From assembly GCF_938040115.1 (NCBI RefSeq), contig NZ_CALHXD010000016.1, forward strand, positions 1 to 32,046: DNA of 32,046 nt, in the 5' to 3' direction. The notes below the pieces were generated by a model that worked only from the letters and a program-made list of their open reading frames with translations, had not been told where the DNA came from and did not search any database. The DNA comes from an uncultured Campylobacter sp. Its GTDB lineage: Bacteria; Campylobacterota; Campylobacteria; Campylobacterales; Campylobacteraceae. The position numbers and the translations under genes were made by a program. Below are positions 9,338 to 19,220 of this stretch, one piece after another. Position 1 is the stretch's first letter; each line of letters starts with the position of its first letter.

Positions 9338-10200
9338 TCGATCTTGTTTCCGTCGTTTTTAGCTTCGGCTTTGGCGGCGTCTAGCAGCTCAGGCGAGTTT
9401 TGTATAAAGTCCACGCTCTTGCCGACTCTGTTCCATCTGATTTTGTATTCGTCGTCCCAGCTAAAGTAGACAAACCAGGGCTTGCCAACTATGTTTTTAT
9501 AGGCCACGGGCCCCCAAAAGCGGCTGTCGTTCGAGTGGTCGCGGTTATCGCCGATCATGAAAAACTCGCCCTCTGGAACCTGAAAATAAAATGCGTTAAA
9601 CGGATAGTTGCCTACGCTGGGTAGCTCGTTTACGATAACGGGCTGCATGGCGAATTTGCTCGCGTTTAGGTAGTTTACGGCTAGTTCAAATAAATTTACC
9701 TTCTCGTCGTAGTGTATGCCGCCGAATTTATATGGCTCGCGTACGAAAAGCTTGCCGCCAAATTTTACTATATCTTTTTCGTCAAAATTTGCCTTTATAA
9801 ACTCCTCGCCCTCGTGCGGGTGTAAAAATAGTGCCTTTTCGGTGAAAATCACTTCATCGCCGCCGACTGCGAAATTTCGCTTGACGTAGTGGATCTTTTC
9901 ATCGTGCGGATAGCGAAAAACCACGATATCGCCGCGCTGCGGTTTTGCGCCCTCGATGAGGTGGCCGTTGCTGTTAAAATCTGGCAAAACCTTGACCTCG
10001 ATCCACGGAATGCGCGGAGTCGAGATGCCGTAACTAAATTTTTTAACAAAAAGATGATCGCCGACTAAAAGCGTGTCCTTCATCGAACCAGACGGTATCA
10101 CGAAGGCCTGTGCGACAAAGAAAATCACGAGCAAGACGATGATGACAGTGCCCGTCCAGCTGTTTGAAAAATCTAAAAATCTATTAAACGCTTTTTTCAA
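9334..10200 (-). CDS. lepB: Signal peptidase I
   Basis: IPSGSM (catalytic Ser), YVKR (catalytic Lys) and GDNRDHSNDSRFWG; TTG start. Confidence 0.96.
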   Translation of the reverse strand: MKKAFNRFLDFSNSWTGTVIIVLLVIFFVAQAFVIPSGSMKDTLLVGDHLFVKKFSYGISTPRIPWIEVKVLPDFNSNGHLIEGAKPQRGDIVVFRYPHDEKIHYVKRNFAVGGDEVIFTEKALFLHPHEGEEFIKANFDEKDIVKFGGKLFVREPYKFGGIHYDEKVNLFELAVNYLNASKFAMQPVIVNELPSVGNYPFNAFYFQVPEGEFFMIGDNRDHSNDSRFWGPVAYKNIVGKPWFVYFSWDDEYKIRWNRVGKSVDFIQNSPELLDAAKAEAKNDGNKIE

Positions 10201-10203
10201 AAT

Positions 10204-11055
10204 TTATGCCTTTTTTGCGCGGTTTTTGGCTGATTTTATGGTGTTTGACAGTAGCATCGCGATAGTCATCGGACCTACGCCGCCTGGAACGGGCGTTATA
10301 AATGAGCATTTTGGCGCTACCTCGTCAAATTTGACGTCGCCTTTTAGCTTGCCGTCGTCCATGCGGTTTATGCCTACGTCGATCACGACGGCGCCGTCTT
10401 TTACCATATCAGCCGTTACGAAATCGGCCCTGCCGATAGCGGCTACTAGGATGTCGGCGTCCGCGCAAATTTCTTTTAAATTTCGCGTTTTGCTATGCGT
10501 CACGGTTACGGTCGCATTGGCGTTTAGTAGTAGATTTGCCATCGGTTTGCCTACTATGTTGCTGCGTCCGATCACGACGGCGTTTTTGCCCTCTAAATTT
10601 ATATCGTAGGCTTTAAAAATTTCCATTATGCCTAGCGGCGTGCACGGTACGAACCCGTCAAGTCCGCTAGCTAGCTTGCCGACGTTTATCGCGGCAAAGC
10701 CGTCCACGTCTTTTGCGGGACTAATGGTTTCTAAAATTTTATTCGTATCTATATGCTTTGGTAGCGGCAGCTGAACTAGGATGCCGTCGATACCGTCGTC
10801 TAAATTTAACACGTCTATTAGCGCGATTAGCTCGCTTTGAGTCGTAGACTCTGGCAAGCGGTGCATAACGCTTTTTATATCGCAGGCTATGCAGGCTTTT
10901 TCTTTTGCCGCGACGTAGGTTTGGCTGGCTTTATCCTCGCCGACTAGTATCACCGCAAGCGCAGGCTCTATGCCTTGATTTTTCAAATTTAACGCTTCGT
11001 TTTTTACTCTTTCTTTTACTTGCGCACTTACGTTTTTGCCGTCTAATATCGTCAT
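10204..11055 (-). CDS. folD: Bifunctional methylenetetrahydrofolate dehydrogenase/cyclohydrolase
   Basis: ILVQLPLP, KDVDG, PCTPLG, GRSNIVGKP and PGGVGPMT motifs. Confidence 0.97.
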   Translation of the reverse strand: MTILDGKNVSAQVKERVKNEALNLKNQGIEPALAVILVGEDKASQTYVAAKEKACIACDIKSVMHRLPESTTQSELIALIDVLNLDDGIDGILVQLPLPKHIDTNKILETISPAKDVDGFAAINVGKLASGLDGFVPCTPLGIMEIFKAYDINLEGKNAVVIGRSNIVGKPMANLLLNANATVTVTHSKTRNLKEICADADILVAAIGRADFVTADMVKDGAVVIDVGINRMDDGKLKGDVKFDEVAPKCSFITPVPGGVGPMTIAMLLSNTIKSAKNRAKKA

Positions 11056-11137
11056 TTTCGTCCTTTATTACTTTTTAATCGCAAAGATTGTATGATAGCT
11101 AATTTTAGATTAAATTTACGAAAAAGCGAAAGAATTT

Positions 11138-11494
11138 ATGAAAATTTGGCTGATTTTTTGGTTGCTTTACGGTGCGGCGTTTGCGAGCGATTTTATCACG
11201 AAAAACGAATACGCAAGGATGCTCTATCAAAACCCGCGCGGCATCGGCTGCGACAAGTGTCACGGCAGCGGCGGCGAAGGCTCGCTCATATCAAAATATA
11301 GACATTTCGATAAAAAAACCAAGCAGGTCATCGACGACGAGCTAAGAGCGCCAAGGATAAACAATCTTGATTTTGAGACGTTTAAAGAGGGCGTGCTAAG
11401 CGCAAAAAGCGTGATGCCTAGCTACTTTCTAACCGACGAAGAGATAAATTTGCTTTACGAATACGTTATAAATTTCAACAAGGATAAAAAATGA
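11138..11494 (+). CDS. Periplasmic monoheme c-type cytochrome
   Basis: Signal peptide (AFA|S), CDKCH heme motif and distal MP (Met ligand). Confidence 0.85.
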   Translation: MKIWLIFWLLYGAAFASDFITKNEYARMLYQNPRGIGCDKCHGSGGEGSLISKYRHFDKKTKQVIDDELRAPRINNLDFETFKEGVLSAKSVMPSYFLTDEEINLLYEYVINFNKDKK

Positions 11495-12906
11495 CTAACA
11501 AAGAAGCTTTCGGGCTAGCTAAAAAATATATCCCGGGCGGCGTAGATTCGCCCGTTCGCGCGTTTGGCAGCGTAGGCGGCGAGCCTTTTATAGTAGAGCG
11601 CGGCGAGGGCGCGTATCTAGTCGATATCGAGGGTAACCGCTATCTAGACTTCATCCAGAGCTGGGGACCGCTCATTTTCGGGCACTGCGATCCCGACATC
11701 GAAAGCGCGGTGATAGCGACGGCTAAAAAGGGACTAAGCTTTGGCGCTCCGTCAAATTTAGAAACAAGGCTAGCCAAACTAATCTGCGACGAGTTTAAAA
11801 ACGTAGAAAAAGTGCGCTTCGTAAGCTCAGGCACGGAGGCCACTATGAGCGCTATCCGCGTGGCGCGCGGCTTTAGCGGTAAGGACGGGCTGATAAAATT
11901 TGAAGGCTGCTATCACGGGCACAGCGACGCGCTTTTGGTAAAAGCAGGCAGCGGCGCGACCACCTACGGCAACGCATCTAGCGGCGGTGTGCCTGCGGAC
12001 GTGGTTAAAAACACCTATCTAGCGCGCTACAACGATATAGAAAGCGTGCGAGCGATATTTGAGGCAAATCCTGGCAAAATCGGCGCGCTAATCATCGAGC
12101 CGATCGCGGGAAACATGGGGCTGGTGCCTGCTGATAACGAGTTTTTAAGCGAGCTTAGACGCCTTTGCGACCAAAACGGCGCGGTGCTGATTTTCGACGA
12201 GGTTATGAGCGGATTTCGCGCGAGCAGGCACGGATCGTTTGAATTTAATGGCATTGAGGCCGATCTCGTGACCTTTGGTAAGGTTATCGGCGGAGGCTGC
12301 CCTGCGGCGGCATTTGGCGGAAAGGCTGCTATCATGGACTGCCTGAGCCCAGAAGGCGCGGTGTATCAGGCGGGCACGCTAAGCGGTAATCCAGTAGCCA
12401 TGGCCGCAGGCATCGCAAGCCTGAGTAAAATTTTTGCTGATCATGATCTTTATGACCGCCTAAACAAACTAGCCGTACTGTTCGTGCACGGGCTAAAAAG
12501 CGTCGCCGCGAAGCACGGCATCGCACTACAAGCGACGGTGCGAGGCTCGATGTTTGGCTTTTTCTTTACCGCAAGCGAGGTTAAAAACTATGACGATGCG
12601 TTAAAAAGCGACGTCAAACTTTACGCTAAATTTCACGCCAAAATGCTTAAAAAAGGCGTCTATCTAGCGCCTAGCCAGTTTGAGACGGGCTTTATCTGCG
12701 ACGCGATGAGCGAAGAGGATATTAAATTTGCCATTAAAGCCGCAGACGAGAGCTTTGCCGAGATAGTCGCGCAAGACGCGAGCGAAAACGAAGAAATGCG
12801 CGAGGTAAAAGCAAGGATCGCCGATCTAGAAGAGCGTCTAAAAGAGGCCAGAAAAGAGCGCGAAGCGATACAAGAACGCATGAAAAACAGCTGGGGATTT
12901 GCCTAA
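11491..12906 (+). CDS. hemL: Glutamate-1-semialdehyde 2,1-aminomutase, with a C-terminal extension
   Basis: [42 protein letters not shown] and GTLSGNP motifs. Confidence 0.97.
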   Translation: MTNKEAFGLAKKYIPGGVDSPVRAFGSVGGEPFIVERGEGAYLVDIEGNRYLDFIQSWGPLIFGHCDPDIESAVIATAKKGLSFGAPSNLETRLAKLICDEFKNVEKVRFVSSGTEATMSAIRVARGFSGKDGLIKFEGCYHGHSDALLVKAGSGATTYGNASSGGVPADVVKNTYLARYNDIESVRAIFEANPGKIGALIIEPIAGNMGLVPADNEFLSELRRLCDQNGAVLIFDEVMSGFRASRHGSFEFNGIEADLVTFGKVIGGGCPAAAFGGKAAIMDCLSPEGAVYQAGTLSGNPVAMAAGIASLSKIFADHDLYDRLNKLAVLFVHGLKSVAAKHGIALQATVRGSMFGFFFTASEVKNYDDALKSDVKLYAKFHAKMLKKGVYLAPSQFETGFICDAMSEEDIKFAIKAADESFAEIVAQDASENEEMREVKARIADLEERLKEARKEREAIQERMKNSWGFA

Positions 12907-13181
12907 TGGCGAAGATAAATTTAGGCGACGTCGTAAAGGGAGCCGAGCAGCTAAGTCTGGGCGTTTCTATCGTCGTCGCGCTTGCTATCGGGGCTGGGTT
13001 TGGCTACTGGATGATGAAGGAAACAGGCTGGACGTGGACGCTGTTTGCGGGCATAGCCGTCGGTATCGCCGCAGCCGCGCTAAATGTCAAAAAGGCCTAC
13101 GACACGCAGATAAAAAGCCTTGAGCAGCTAAAAGACGAGAGTAAATTTAAACCCGCGAAAGACGACGAGGACGATGAGTGA
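12906..13181 (+). CDS. AtpZ/AtpI-family small membrane protein
   Basis: Two Gly-rich TM helices (LG.SIVVA..IG.G.G); TAATG coupling to hemL. Confidence 0.75.
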   Translation: MAKINLGDVVKGAEQLSLGVSIVVALAIGAGFGYWMMKETGWTWTLFAGIAVGIAAAALNVKKAYDTQIKSLEQLKDESKFKPAKDDEDDE

Positions 13182-13918
13182 ATTTTAGGCTCCTTGCCGT
13201 TTACGGCGCGTTTGAGGCCTTGTTGTTGCTGGGCTCTGCAGTATTTGGCCGTGCGTGGTTTTATAGCTCGCATGTTGCTTTTGCGGGCTCGCTTTTGGTG
13301 TTAGCCGCAACCTTTAGAGCATACAAAAAGCGCGTGCAAAACGGAGTGCGAGACTATGACGCCTCCGCAGAGGACGACATAGACGAATGGGGCGAAAATC
13401 ACGAGGAGTTTCCCGATCGCCCCGCGGAGGCTAAATTTTACGGGCATGACCCGCACCGCGAAGATGCTAAATGCTTGGACGCGTTAAATTTAGAGGACTA
13501 CGCAAAAACGGACGCACAGCTAAATTTAAAAGACGAAAACGAGCGGGTTAAATTTGACGCGGCAACAGAACAAAACGAATCCGTGCGGGGCAAATTTGAC
13601 GATCCAAATTTAAGCGGCGCAGATCAAAATAGCGAGTCAAATTTAAGCCGGGCAAACGAGTTAAATTTAAACGAATCAAATCAAAATAGCGAAACTAAGC
13701 CCTCAAAAAAGCAAAATTTCGCGCGTAATTTAAAGCAAAATTCGCCCAACTATTTCACCGCTTTCGTGCCTTTTCGGCTGATCGCGTATACGGTTTTGGT
13801 CGTCGGATTTTTGGCGCTAAAAAGACAAGACAACCTTGATATCGCCGCGTTTTTGATCGCGCTTGCGGCGATGCCCGCGGGCGCTTTGATATATGGAGTA
13901 AAAAGCAATGAGAAATAG
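13178..13918 (+). CDS. Integral membrane hypothetical protein with a long low-complexity acidic loop
   Basis: Two TM helices at each end with an Asn/Asp/Glu-rich middle; GTGA overlap with the upstream gene. Confidence 0.75.
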   Translation: MNFRLLAVYGAFEALLLLGSAVFGRAWFYSSHVAFAGSLLVLAATFRAYKKRVQNGVRDYDASAEDDIDEWGENHEEFPDRPAEAKFYGHDPHREDAKCLDALNLEDYAKTDAQLNLKDENERVKFDAATEQNESVRGKFDDPNLSGADQNSESNLSRANELNLNESNQNSETKPSKKQNFARNLKQNSPNYFTAFVPFRLIAYTVLVVGFLALKRQDNLDIAAFLIALAAMPAGALIYGVKSNEK

Positions 13919-15104
13919 CTCGATAATAACGATTAGATCGATGTTTGCACTATTTGTAGGGATGGCGTTTTTGTTTGTGGGAAACGGCCTCATCATCAGC
14001 TCTGCGGGCGTCGAGCTAAAAAAAATGGGCGCGGACGAGCTAGAGACGGGATTTGTTATCGCGGTATTTTTCGTTGGAGCTATGATAGCTACGATATTTT
14101 CGCATAAAATCGTCTCAAAAGTCGGCCATATCAGGAGCTTTGGGATATTTGCGTCGCTTTTTGGTATCGCGGCGATGTTTCACGACCTTAGCCAAAATCT
14201 CTATTTTTGGGCGTTTTTGCGCGGGTGTTTGGGATTTTGCTACTACTCGATCTTGATGATAATCGAAAGCTGGCTCAACGCGCGCGCTAGAAACGAAGTG
14301 CGCTCGCGAGTACTGGCATTTTACGAGATCACGTTTTACGTATGTTTTGGGCTGGGTATCCTCGTGCTATCGCTAAATTTATCCACTTCTCACGTGCTTT
14401 TGCTTAGCGCGGCGTTTATTTTGTTTTCGAGTATTCCTTTAAATTTAATCCGCATCAAAGAGCCGCCTATCCCCGAAAAAAAGAGCGTCTCGATCCCGAG
14501 GGTCTTTGCGCTCGTGCCTTTGGCGCTCATTACCAGCATCGTAGCGGGCATCCTCATAAACGGCTTTTTTGCGATGGCTAGCGTTTATATCCTGCTGCAA
14601 GGATACGGCGCGAGGGAGGTTTCGTTTTTTATGACCGTCGCGATGGCGGGCGGCTTTATCGCCCACTCTCTCATCGGCGGTTTTTCGGATAAATTCGGTC
14701 GCCGCCCCGCGATAATGTGCTGTGCGGGCGTGTCGCTATTTGCGGCTATTTGTTTTTTGGCGCTTAAGCCCTCTATCTACGCGCAGTACGTTTTGTCGTT
14801 TTTTCTAGGCTCGGGCGCTTTTTGTCTCTACGCGTTATCGCTCGCTCGCGCCAACGACGTTTTAAAGCACAAAAATCAAGGCATCGAAGTAGGTCGCGCC
14901 GTGCTTTTTAGTTACTCTTTCGGCTCGCTTCTTTCGTCCGTGATAATGGGCGCTAGCATGCAAATTTTAGGCTTTGACGGCTTTATGTGGGTTTATGCAG
15001 CGCTGCTTGCGTTTCTTATCGCATTTTGCCTCACGCAAAAGACCGTTCCGCTCGAAAGCAGAAGCGACTTTGAGCATAGCCCCGGCACGATGGCAAATAG
15101 CTAA
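13908..15104 (+). CDS. MFS transporter (YcaD-like)
   Basis: About 12 hydrophobic segments, the MFS motif SDKFGRR, and IESWLN. Confidence 0.9.
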   Translation: MRNSSIITIRSMFALFVGMAFLFVGNGLIISSAGVELKKMGADELETGFVIAVFFVGAMIATIFSHKIVSKVGHIRSFGIFASLFGIAAMFHDLSQNLYFWAFLRGCLGFCYYSILMIIESWLNARARNEVRSRVLAFYEITFYVCFGLGILVLSLNLSTSHVLLLSAAFILFSSIPLNLIRIKEPPIPEKKSVSIPRVFALVPLALITSIVAGILINGFFAMASVYILLQGYGAREVSFFMTVAMAGGFIAHSLIGGFSDKFGRRPAIMCCAGVSLFAAICFLALKPSIYAQYVLSFFLGSGAFCLYALSLARANDVLKHKNQGIEVGRAVLFSYSFGSLLSSVIMGASMQILGFDGFMWVYAALLAFLIAFCLTQKTVPLESRSDFEHSPGTMANS

Positions 15105-15128
15105 TGAAAATCTCAAATTTGACGATAT
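15102..15128 (+). promoter_or_regulatory. Putative sigma28 (FliA) promoter
   Basis: TAAT-N15-GACGATAT resembles TAAA-N15-GCCGATAA and sits directly upstream of flagellar-type genes. Confidence 0.45.
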
Positions 15129-15134
15129 AGCCGT

Positions 15135-16823
15135 ATGGAATCAGTAAATAACGCTATAAGCTCGCAAATCGCGACCCAGGCCGCAGTCAGCGGCGCGCTA
15201 CCCAAAACCGGCGGCGTAGGCGGCGCAAACGCCGGACAGACGGGCGAAACCAAAAATCTTTTTAAAAATCAGCCTGCGCCCTCGCAAAATTTAGACTCCG
15301 AGGCCGCGGATAACGCCGTAAAGGATCTAGATAAGCTCGTAAATAAGCTTTTAAACGAGCTAAAATCAAGCCCGACGCAGGCCAAAGAGCTAGCCGCGCA
15401 GGCTAAAAATCTCCAGCTCTCGCCAAATCTCGCAAAAGATATGAAAAGCCTCGTCGCACTTGCCGAAAACGAGCCCGATCTAAAGGAGTTCGCGCTTAAG
15501 CTAAAGGAGTTTTTAAAACCCGTCGCCGACATAAAAAGCGCGCCGCTAAACGAGCAGATAAAAAACTCGGGTATCATGCTGGAGGCAAATTTAAAGGACG
15601 CGCTAAACGGCAAATTTAACCTACCTAGCGCGATAAATAAGCTATTTGGCGATATAAAAAATCTCTCAAATCAGCAGCTTTTGGAGCAAATTTCAGCCTT
15701 AGCTAAGGATGACAGCCTAAGCACGAACGAGAGCTTTGCGAGGCTTGATCAAATTTTACAAAGCGCTAAAACCGCAGCCAAAGATACGCTAGCGGGCTCG
15801 CCTTTTAAACAGCTTTTTGAAATCGCCGATAAGCTCGAAAACTCGGCTAAATTTATGGACAAGCAAGCAAACGCCATGAGCGGCAGCGGGCTAAGCCTAA
15901 ACGAAAAAACGCTAAACGCCGAGCTAAATAAAATCTCGCAGCTGCTGGCAAACGCGGGTGAGAAAATGCAAAATTTAAACAGCGAAAAGCTAAGTCAAAA
16001 CAGGGGCTTTGCTTTAAATTTCGCCGAGCTAAAAAGCGCGGTAAAAGATCTAACGGACGAGCTTAGCGCGCTTGCGGCCTCGCAGGATAAATTTAACGAT
16101 TTCGCGCAAAAAATCGTCCGAGACGGCGCGGAAGGAAGCGATGGCGCGACGCTACAAGATAAGCTGCAAAATGCGGCTAGAAAGCTAAATTTTGCCCTGC
16201 AAATCGCCGATAAAGCGGGCTTTGAAGCAAAAAATAACTTAGATGAGGTCGGCAAGTTAATAAAGCAGCAAAACATCGCTCGCGCCGAGCTTGGCGCCGT
16301 GACGCCAAAAAGCGCCGAAGAGACGGCAAAGGTGCTACAAAACGACGTAAAAAGCGCGCTTTTAAATATGCAGTCAAAGTCCCCAGACGCTAGCCCAGTA
16401 AAAGACGCCGCCTCAAAGCTGCTCGCTCAAATCGAGATGCATCAGCTAGCCTCCGCGGTCGCAGGCGGCGTGCAGACCTATTTACCGTACGTCTGGGAGG
16501 GCGTTGAGGGCGGAAATATCAGGTTTAAGCAGGGCAAAAAGCAAAAACACTACGCGCAAATCGACCTAAATTTTCAAAATTTCGGCCAAATCAATATCAT
16601 GGTGGCGCTCAGCGAAAACAAATACATCGACCTTGCGATCGCGACGCAAAAAGAGGAGTTTAAGGATCTGATTTTAAGCGGCGCGAAGGAGCTAAAAAGG
16701 GCTATCGGCGAGCAGGGGCTGATAGTGTCGAATTTTAGCCTAAAAACTATGCCTAAACTGCGTCTTAGCGGCGTTTACGGCGGTCTGGATAAGCTTGATA
16801 TGGGCTTTGATAAAAAGGCGTAA
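15135..16823 (+). CDS. Flagellar hook-length-control (FliK-like C-terminal domain) protein
   Basis: Long helical region with SGIMLEA, then a C-terminal YLPYVW...IDLNFQNFGQINI pattern; adjacent to an FlhB-C-like gene. Confidence 0.7.
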   Translation: MESVNNAISSQIATQAAVSGALPKTGGVGGANAGQTGETKNLFKNQPAPSQNLDSEAADNAVKDLDKLVNKLLNELKSSPTQAKELAAQAKNLQLSPNLAKDMKSLVALAENEPDLKEFALKLKEFLKPVADIKSAPLNEQIKNSGIMLEANLKDALNGKFNLPSAINKLFGDIKNLSNQQLLEQISALAKDDSLSTNESFARLDQILQSAKTAAKDTLAGSPFKQLFEIADKLENSAKFMDKQANAMSGSGLSLNEKTLNAELNKISQLLANAGEKMQNLNSEKLSQNRGFALNFAELKSAVKDLTDELSALAASQDKFNDFAQKIVRDGAEGSDGATLQDKLQNAARKLNFALQIADKAGFEAKNNLDEVGKLIKQQNIARAELGAVTPKSAEETAKVLQNDVKSALLNMQSKSPDASPVKDAASKLLAQIEMHQLASAVAGGVQTYLPYVWEGVEGGNIRFKQGKKQKHYAQIDLNFQNFGQINIMVALSENKYIDLAIATQKEEFKDLILSGAKELKRAIGEQGLIVSNFSLKTMPKLRLSGVYGGLDKLDMGFDKKA

Positions 16824-16825
16824 AT

Positions 16826-17095
16826 TTGGCAAAAGTGCAAAAAACTAAAAAAGCCGTGGCTCTTGGCTACAATCGCCAAAAAGATAATGCTCCAAAGGTG
16901 CTAGCTACGGGTTCGGGCGAAGTGGCAAAAAATATCATAAATCTAGCCAAATCTCACGATATACCGATCAAAGAGGACGCCGATCTAATCGAGGTTCTAA
17001 GCAAGGTCGATCTAAACGAGGAAGTCCCGCCAAATCTCTATAAAGCGGTCGCGGAAATCTTTAGCTTTTTGTATCAAATGACGAATAAAAAATAG
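16826..17095 (+). CDS. EscU/YscU/FlhB C-terminal-like protein (FlhX-type)
   Basis: KAVALGY...APKVLATG.GEVA..II..A....IPI.ED...VPP.LY.AVAEI pattern; TTG start. Confidence 0.9.
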   Translation: MAKVQKTKKAVALGYNRQKDNAPKVLATGSGEVAKNIINLAKSHDIPIKEDADLIEVLSKVDLNEEVPPNLYKAVAEIFSFLYQMTNKK

Positions 17096-17169
17096 GGCGC
17101 TTGCGGCAAAGTAGAAGCGAGGGCAGGCTTATCGCAAGTGCAAATTTGAGCGCGAACTAGGAAATTTAA

Positions 17170-17358
17170 ATGAAAAAGACGGTCGGAATAATAGTGATTT
17201 TAGCCTTGCCTTTGTTGATCTTATTTTCGGCTCTGATTTTTGCTAGCGGTAACGCGTCAAAAAGCGCAAACTATCCGAAACACGCGCTAGAAAAAGCGGT
17301 AACTCACGATAAAAAAGAGCCTCATCTAAAAAAGATAAAACCGTCAATCATAAAGTAA
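17170..17358 (+). CDS. Small protein with an N-terminal TM/signal segment and a basic tail
   Basis: AGGA SD 7 nt upstream; MKK followed by a hydrophobic stretch. Confidence 0.6.
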   Translation: MKKTVGIIVILALPLLILFSALIFASGNASKSANYPKHALEKAVTHDKKEPHLKKIKPSIIK

Positions 17359-17711
17359 AATTTGACGGAAAGTTTGTAGCTAAACGTAGCAAATAAAGCA
17401 AAAGCGATAAAATGCGTTTCGTGCGGTCAAATTTGAGTACAAGCACAGCAAGGCGCGCATAAAATGAAAGCGAGCTAAATTTGAGCATATATGTTCTGTA
17501 TAAAAGCCGCGACCTAGACCGCCGATGTCTCGGTAAAATTTAACCAATTTCGCGCCATTTCTGGAATCGTCAAAATCTCACCCACATTTCATCGTAGCGT
17601 CTAGTTATCGTAAAATTATTTGCATTATTTTATGTATTTTTGCCTTATAGCTAAATTTAATATAAATAAAGATAAAATAGCCGTAAAATTAACTCAAAAA
17701 ACGGAATAAAT

Positions 17712-18275
17712 TTGAAACAAAAATTGGTCTTAGTCGGCGCCTCGACGGGCGGTCCGGGACATTTAAAAAGGCTTTTTAAAGGGCTTGAGCTAAACGGTGC
17801 TAGCGTGGTTATCGCGCAGCACATGAGCTTAGCGTTTATACCTAGTTTTATCTCGCAGTTTAATAAGGAGTGCGCGGCGGAGGTGGTCATGCTAGGGGCG
17901 CCCGTGCAGCTAAAAAGCGCGATATATATCTGCGAGAAAAACTCCGAGATAATCTCTGCTAGCCCCCTAACGGCGGGCATGTGCTCTCCTATGAAAGAGA
18001 CCACGTATAACCCCAACGTGGATGTGCTTTTTCACTCCGGCGTGCAGGCTTGTAAGTTTGCCGACGTCATGGCGATACTGCTAACGGGCATCGGCGACGA
18101 CGGCGCGCGCGGACTAAACGAGCTATACAAAGCCGGCGCCAAATGCGTAGCCGAAAACGAGGAGAGCGCGATCGTCTACGGCATGCCAAAACGCGCGAAA
18201 GAAATCAATGCAAATTTAAAGTCACTACCCATCGGCGGTATAAGAGCGGAATTAGAAAGGTTTTTACATGCTTGA
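17712..18275 (+). CDS. cheB: Chemotaxis methylesterase CheB (no receiver domain)
   Basis: GASTGG (Ser), AQHM (His), LTGIGDDGA (Asp) and VYGMP motifs; TTG start. Confidence 0.93.
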   Translation: MKQKLVLVGASTGGPGHLKRLFKGLELNGASVVIAQHMSLAFIPSFISQFNKECAAEVVMLGAPVQLKSAIYICEKNSEIISASPLTAGMCSPMKETTYNPNVDVLFHSGVQACKFADVMAILLTGIGDDGARGLNELYKAGAKCVAENEESAIVYGMPKRAKEINANLKSLPIGGIRAELERFLHA

Positions 18276-19074
18276 AAATGCAAATTTGACGCCCGCTCCT
18301 AGCGATGCGGCGGGGCTAAATAAATTCGTCGAAGTCGTCAAAAATATGTGCGGCGTAGACCTAGAGTCCAAAAAGGACATGATAAAGCAACGCCTAATAA
18401 ATTTCTGCCAAGCAAACCGCATCCCAAGCTTTGAAGCGCTAAGCTCAAAAGTCCTCGTGGACCGCTTTATGAGGCAAGAAATCGTAAATTTGATCACCAC
18501 GAACGAGACTTATTTTTACAGAGAGTTGCCGCAGCTACAAGCCGCGATCTACTACGCCAGAGAGGAGCTTGATAGCGTGCGGATACTGTGCGCGCCGTGC
18601 TCGACGGGCGACGAGGCGTACTCGCTAGGTATGCTAGCGCACTCAAATTTGCTCGACGTAAATCGCGTCAGCATCGTTGGTATCGACATAAACTCCGAGG
18701 CTATCGAGAGCTGTAAAAAGGGCGTTTATAGCGAGCGCTCACTGCACCGCCTAAACGACAATCAAAAAAATATATACTTTACAAAACGCGACGGCAAGTA
18801 CGAAATCAAGCGCGAGATGCTGCCTAGATGCGAGTTTAGCGTGGCAAATATCTTTGACGACGCGATCTTTAAGCTCGGTAAATTTGACATCATTTTCTCT
18901 CGAAATATGATGATTTATTTTAACGAGGAATTTAAGCTAAAAACGGTCGAGCGCTTTCATAAAATTTTGAGCGATCACGGTAGGCTCTACGTCGGACACG
19001 CCGATCTGGTACCGTTTACGACGCTTTATAAAAAACATATTTTAAACGGAACGACTTATTACGCTAAGGCCTGA
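18268..19074 (+). CDS. cheR: Chemotaxis methyltransferase CheR
   Basis: TTNETYFYRE, PCSTGDEAYS, FDIIFSRN and LYVGHA motifs. Confidence 0.95.
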   Translation: MLENANLTPAPSDAAGLNKFVEVVKNMCGVDLESKKDMIKQRLINFCQANRIPSFEALSSKVLVDRFMRQEIVNLITTNETYFYRELPQLQAAIYYAREELDSVRILCAPCSTGDEAYSLGMLAHSNLLDVNRVSIVGIDINSEAIESCKKGVYSERSLHRLNDNQKNIYFTKRDGKYEIKREMLPRCEFSVANIFDDAIFKLGKFDIIFSRNMMIYFNEEFKLKTVERFHKILSDHGRLYVGHADLVPFTTLYKKHILNGTTYYAKA

Positions 19075-19220
19075 GTGAGATAAATTTGAGGTCAAATTTT
19101 GGCTCAAATTTGTTTAAATTTGACGTGAGCGAACGGCTGCATTTTTGACGCGGACGGTAAATTTGCCGGGTCAAATTTGATTAAATTTGCCACTTGCCAA
19201 ACCCGCGCCGTAAAGCAAAT

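Noticed and set aside
14018..14025. A8 tract in the MFS gene as a phase-variation site
   Set aside because: It is short, in frame and poly-A; Campylobacter contingency loci are typically poly-G/C, and none was seen.
17712..18275. CheB lacking a receiver domain as a novelty or truncation
   Set aside because: This is the known normal architecture in Campylobacter.
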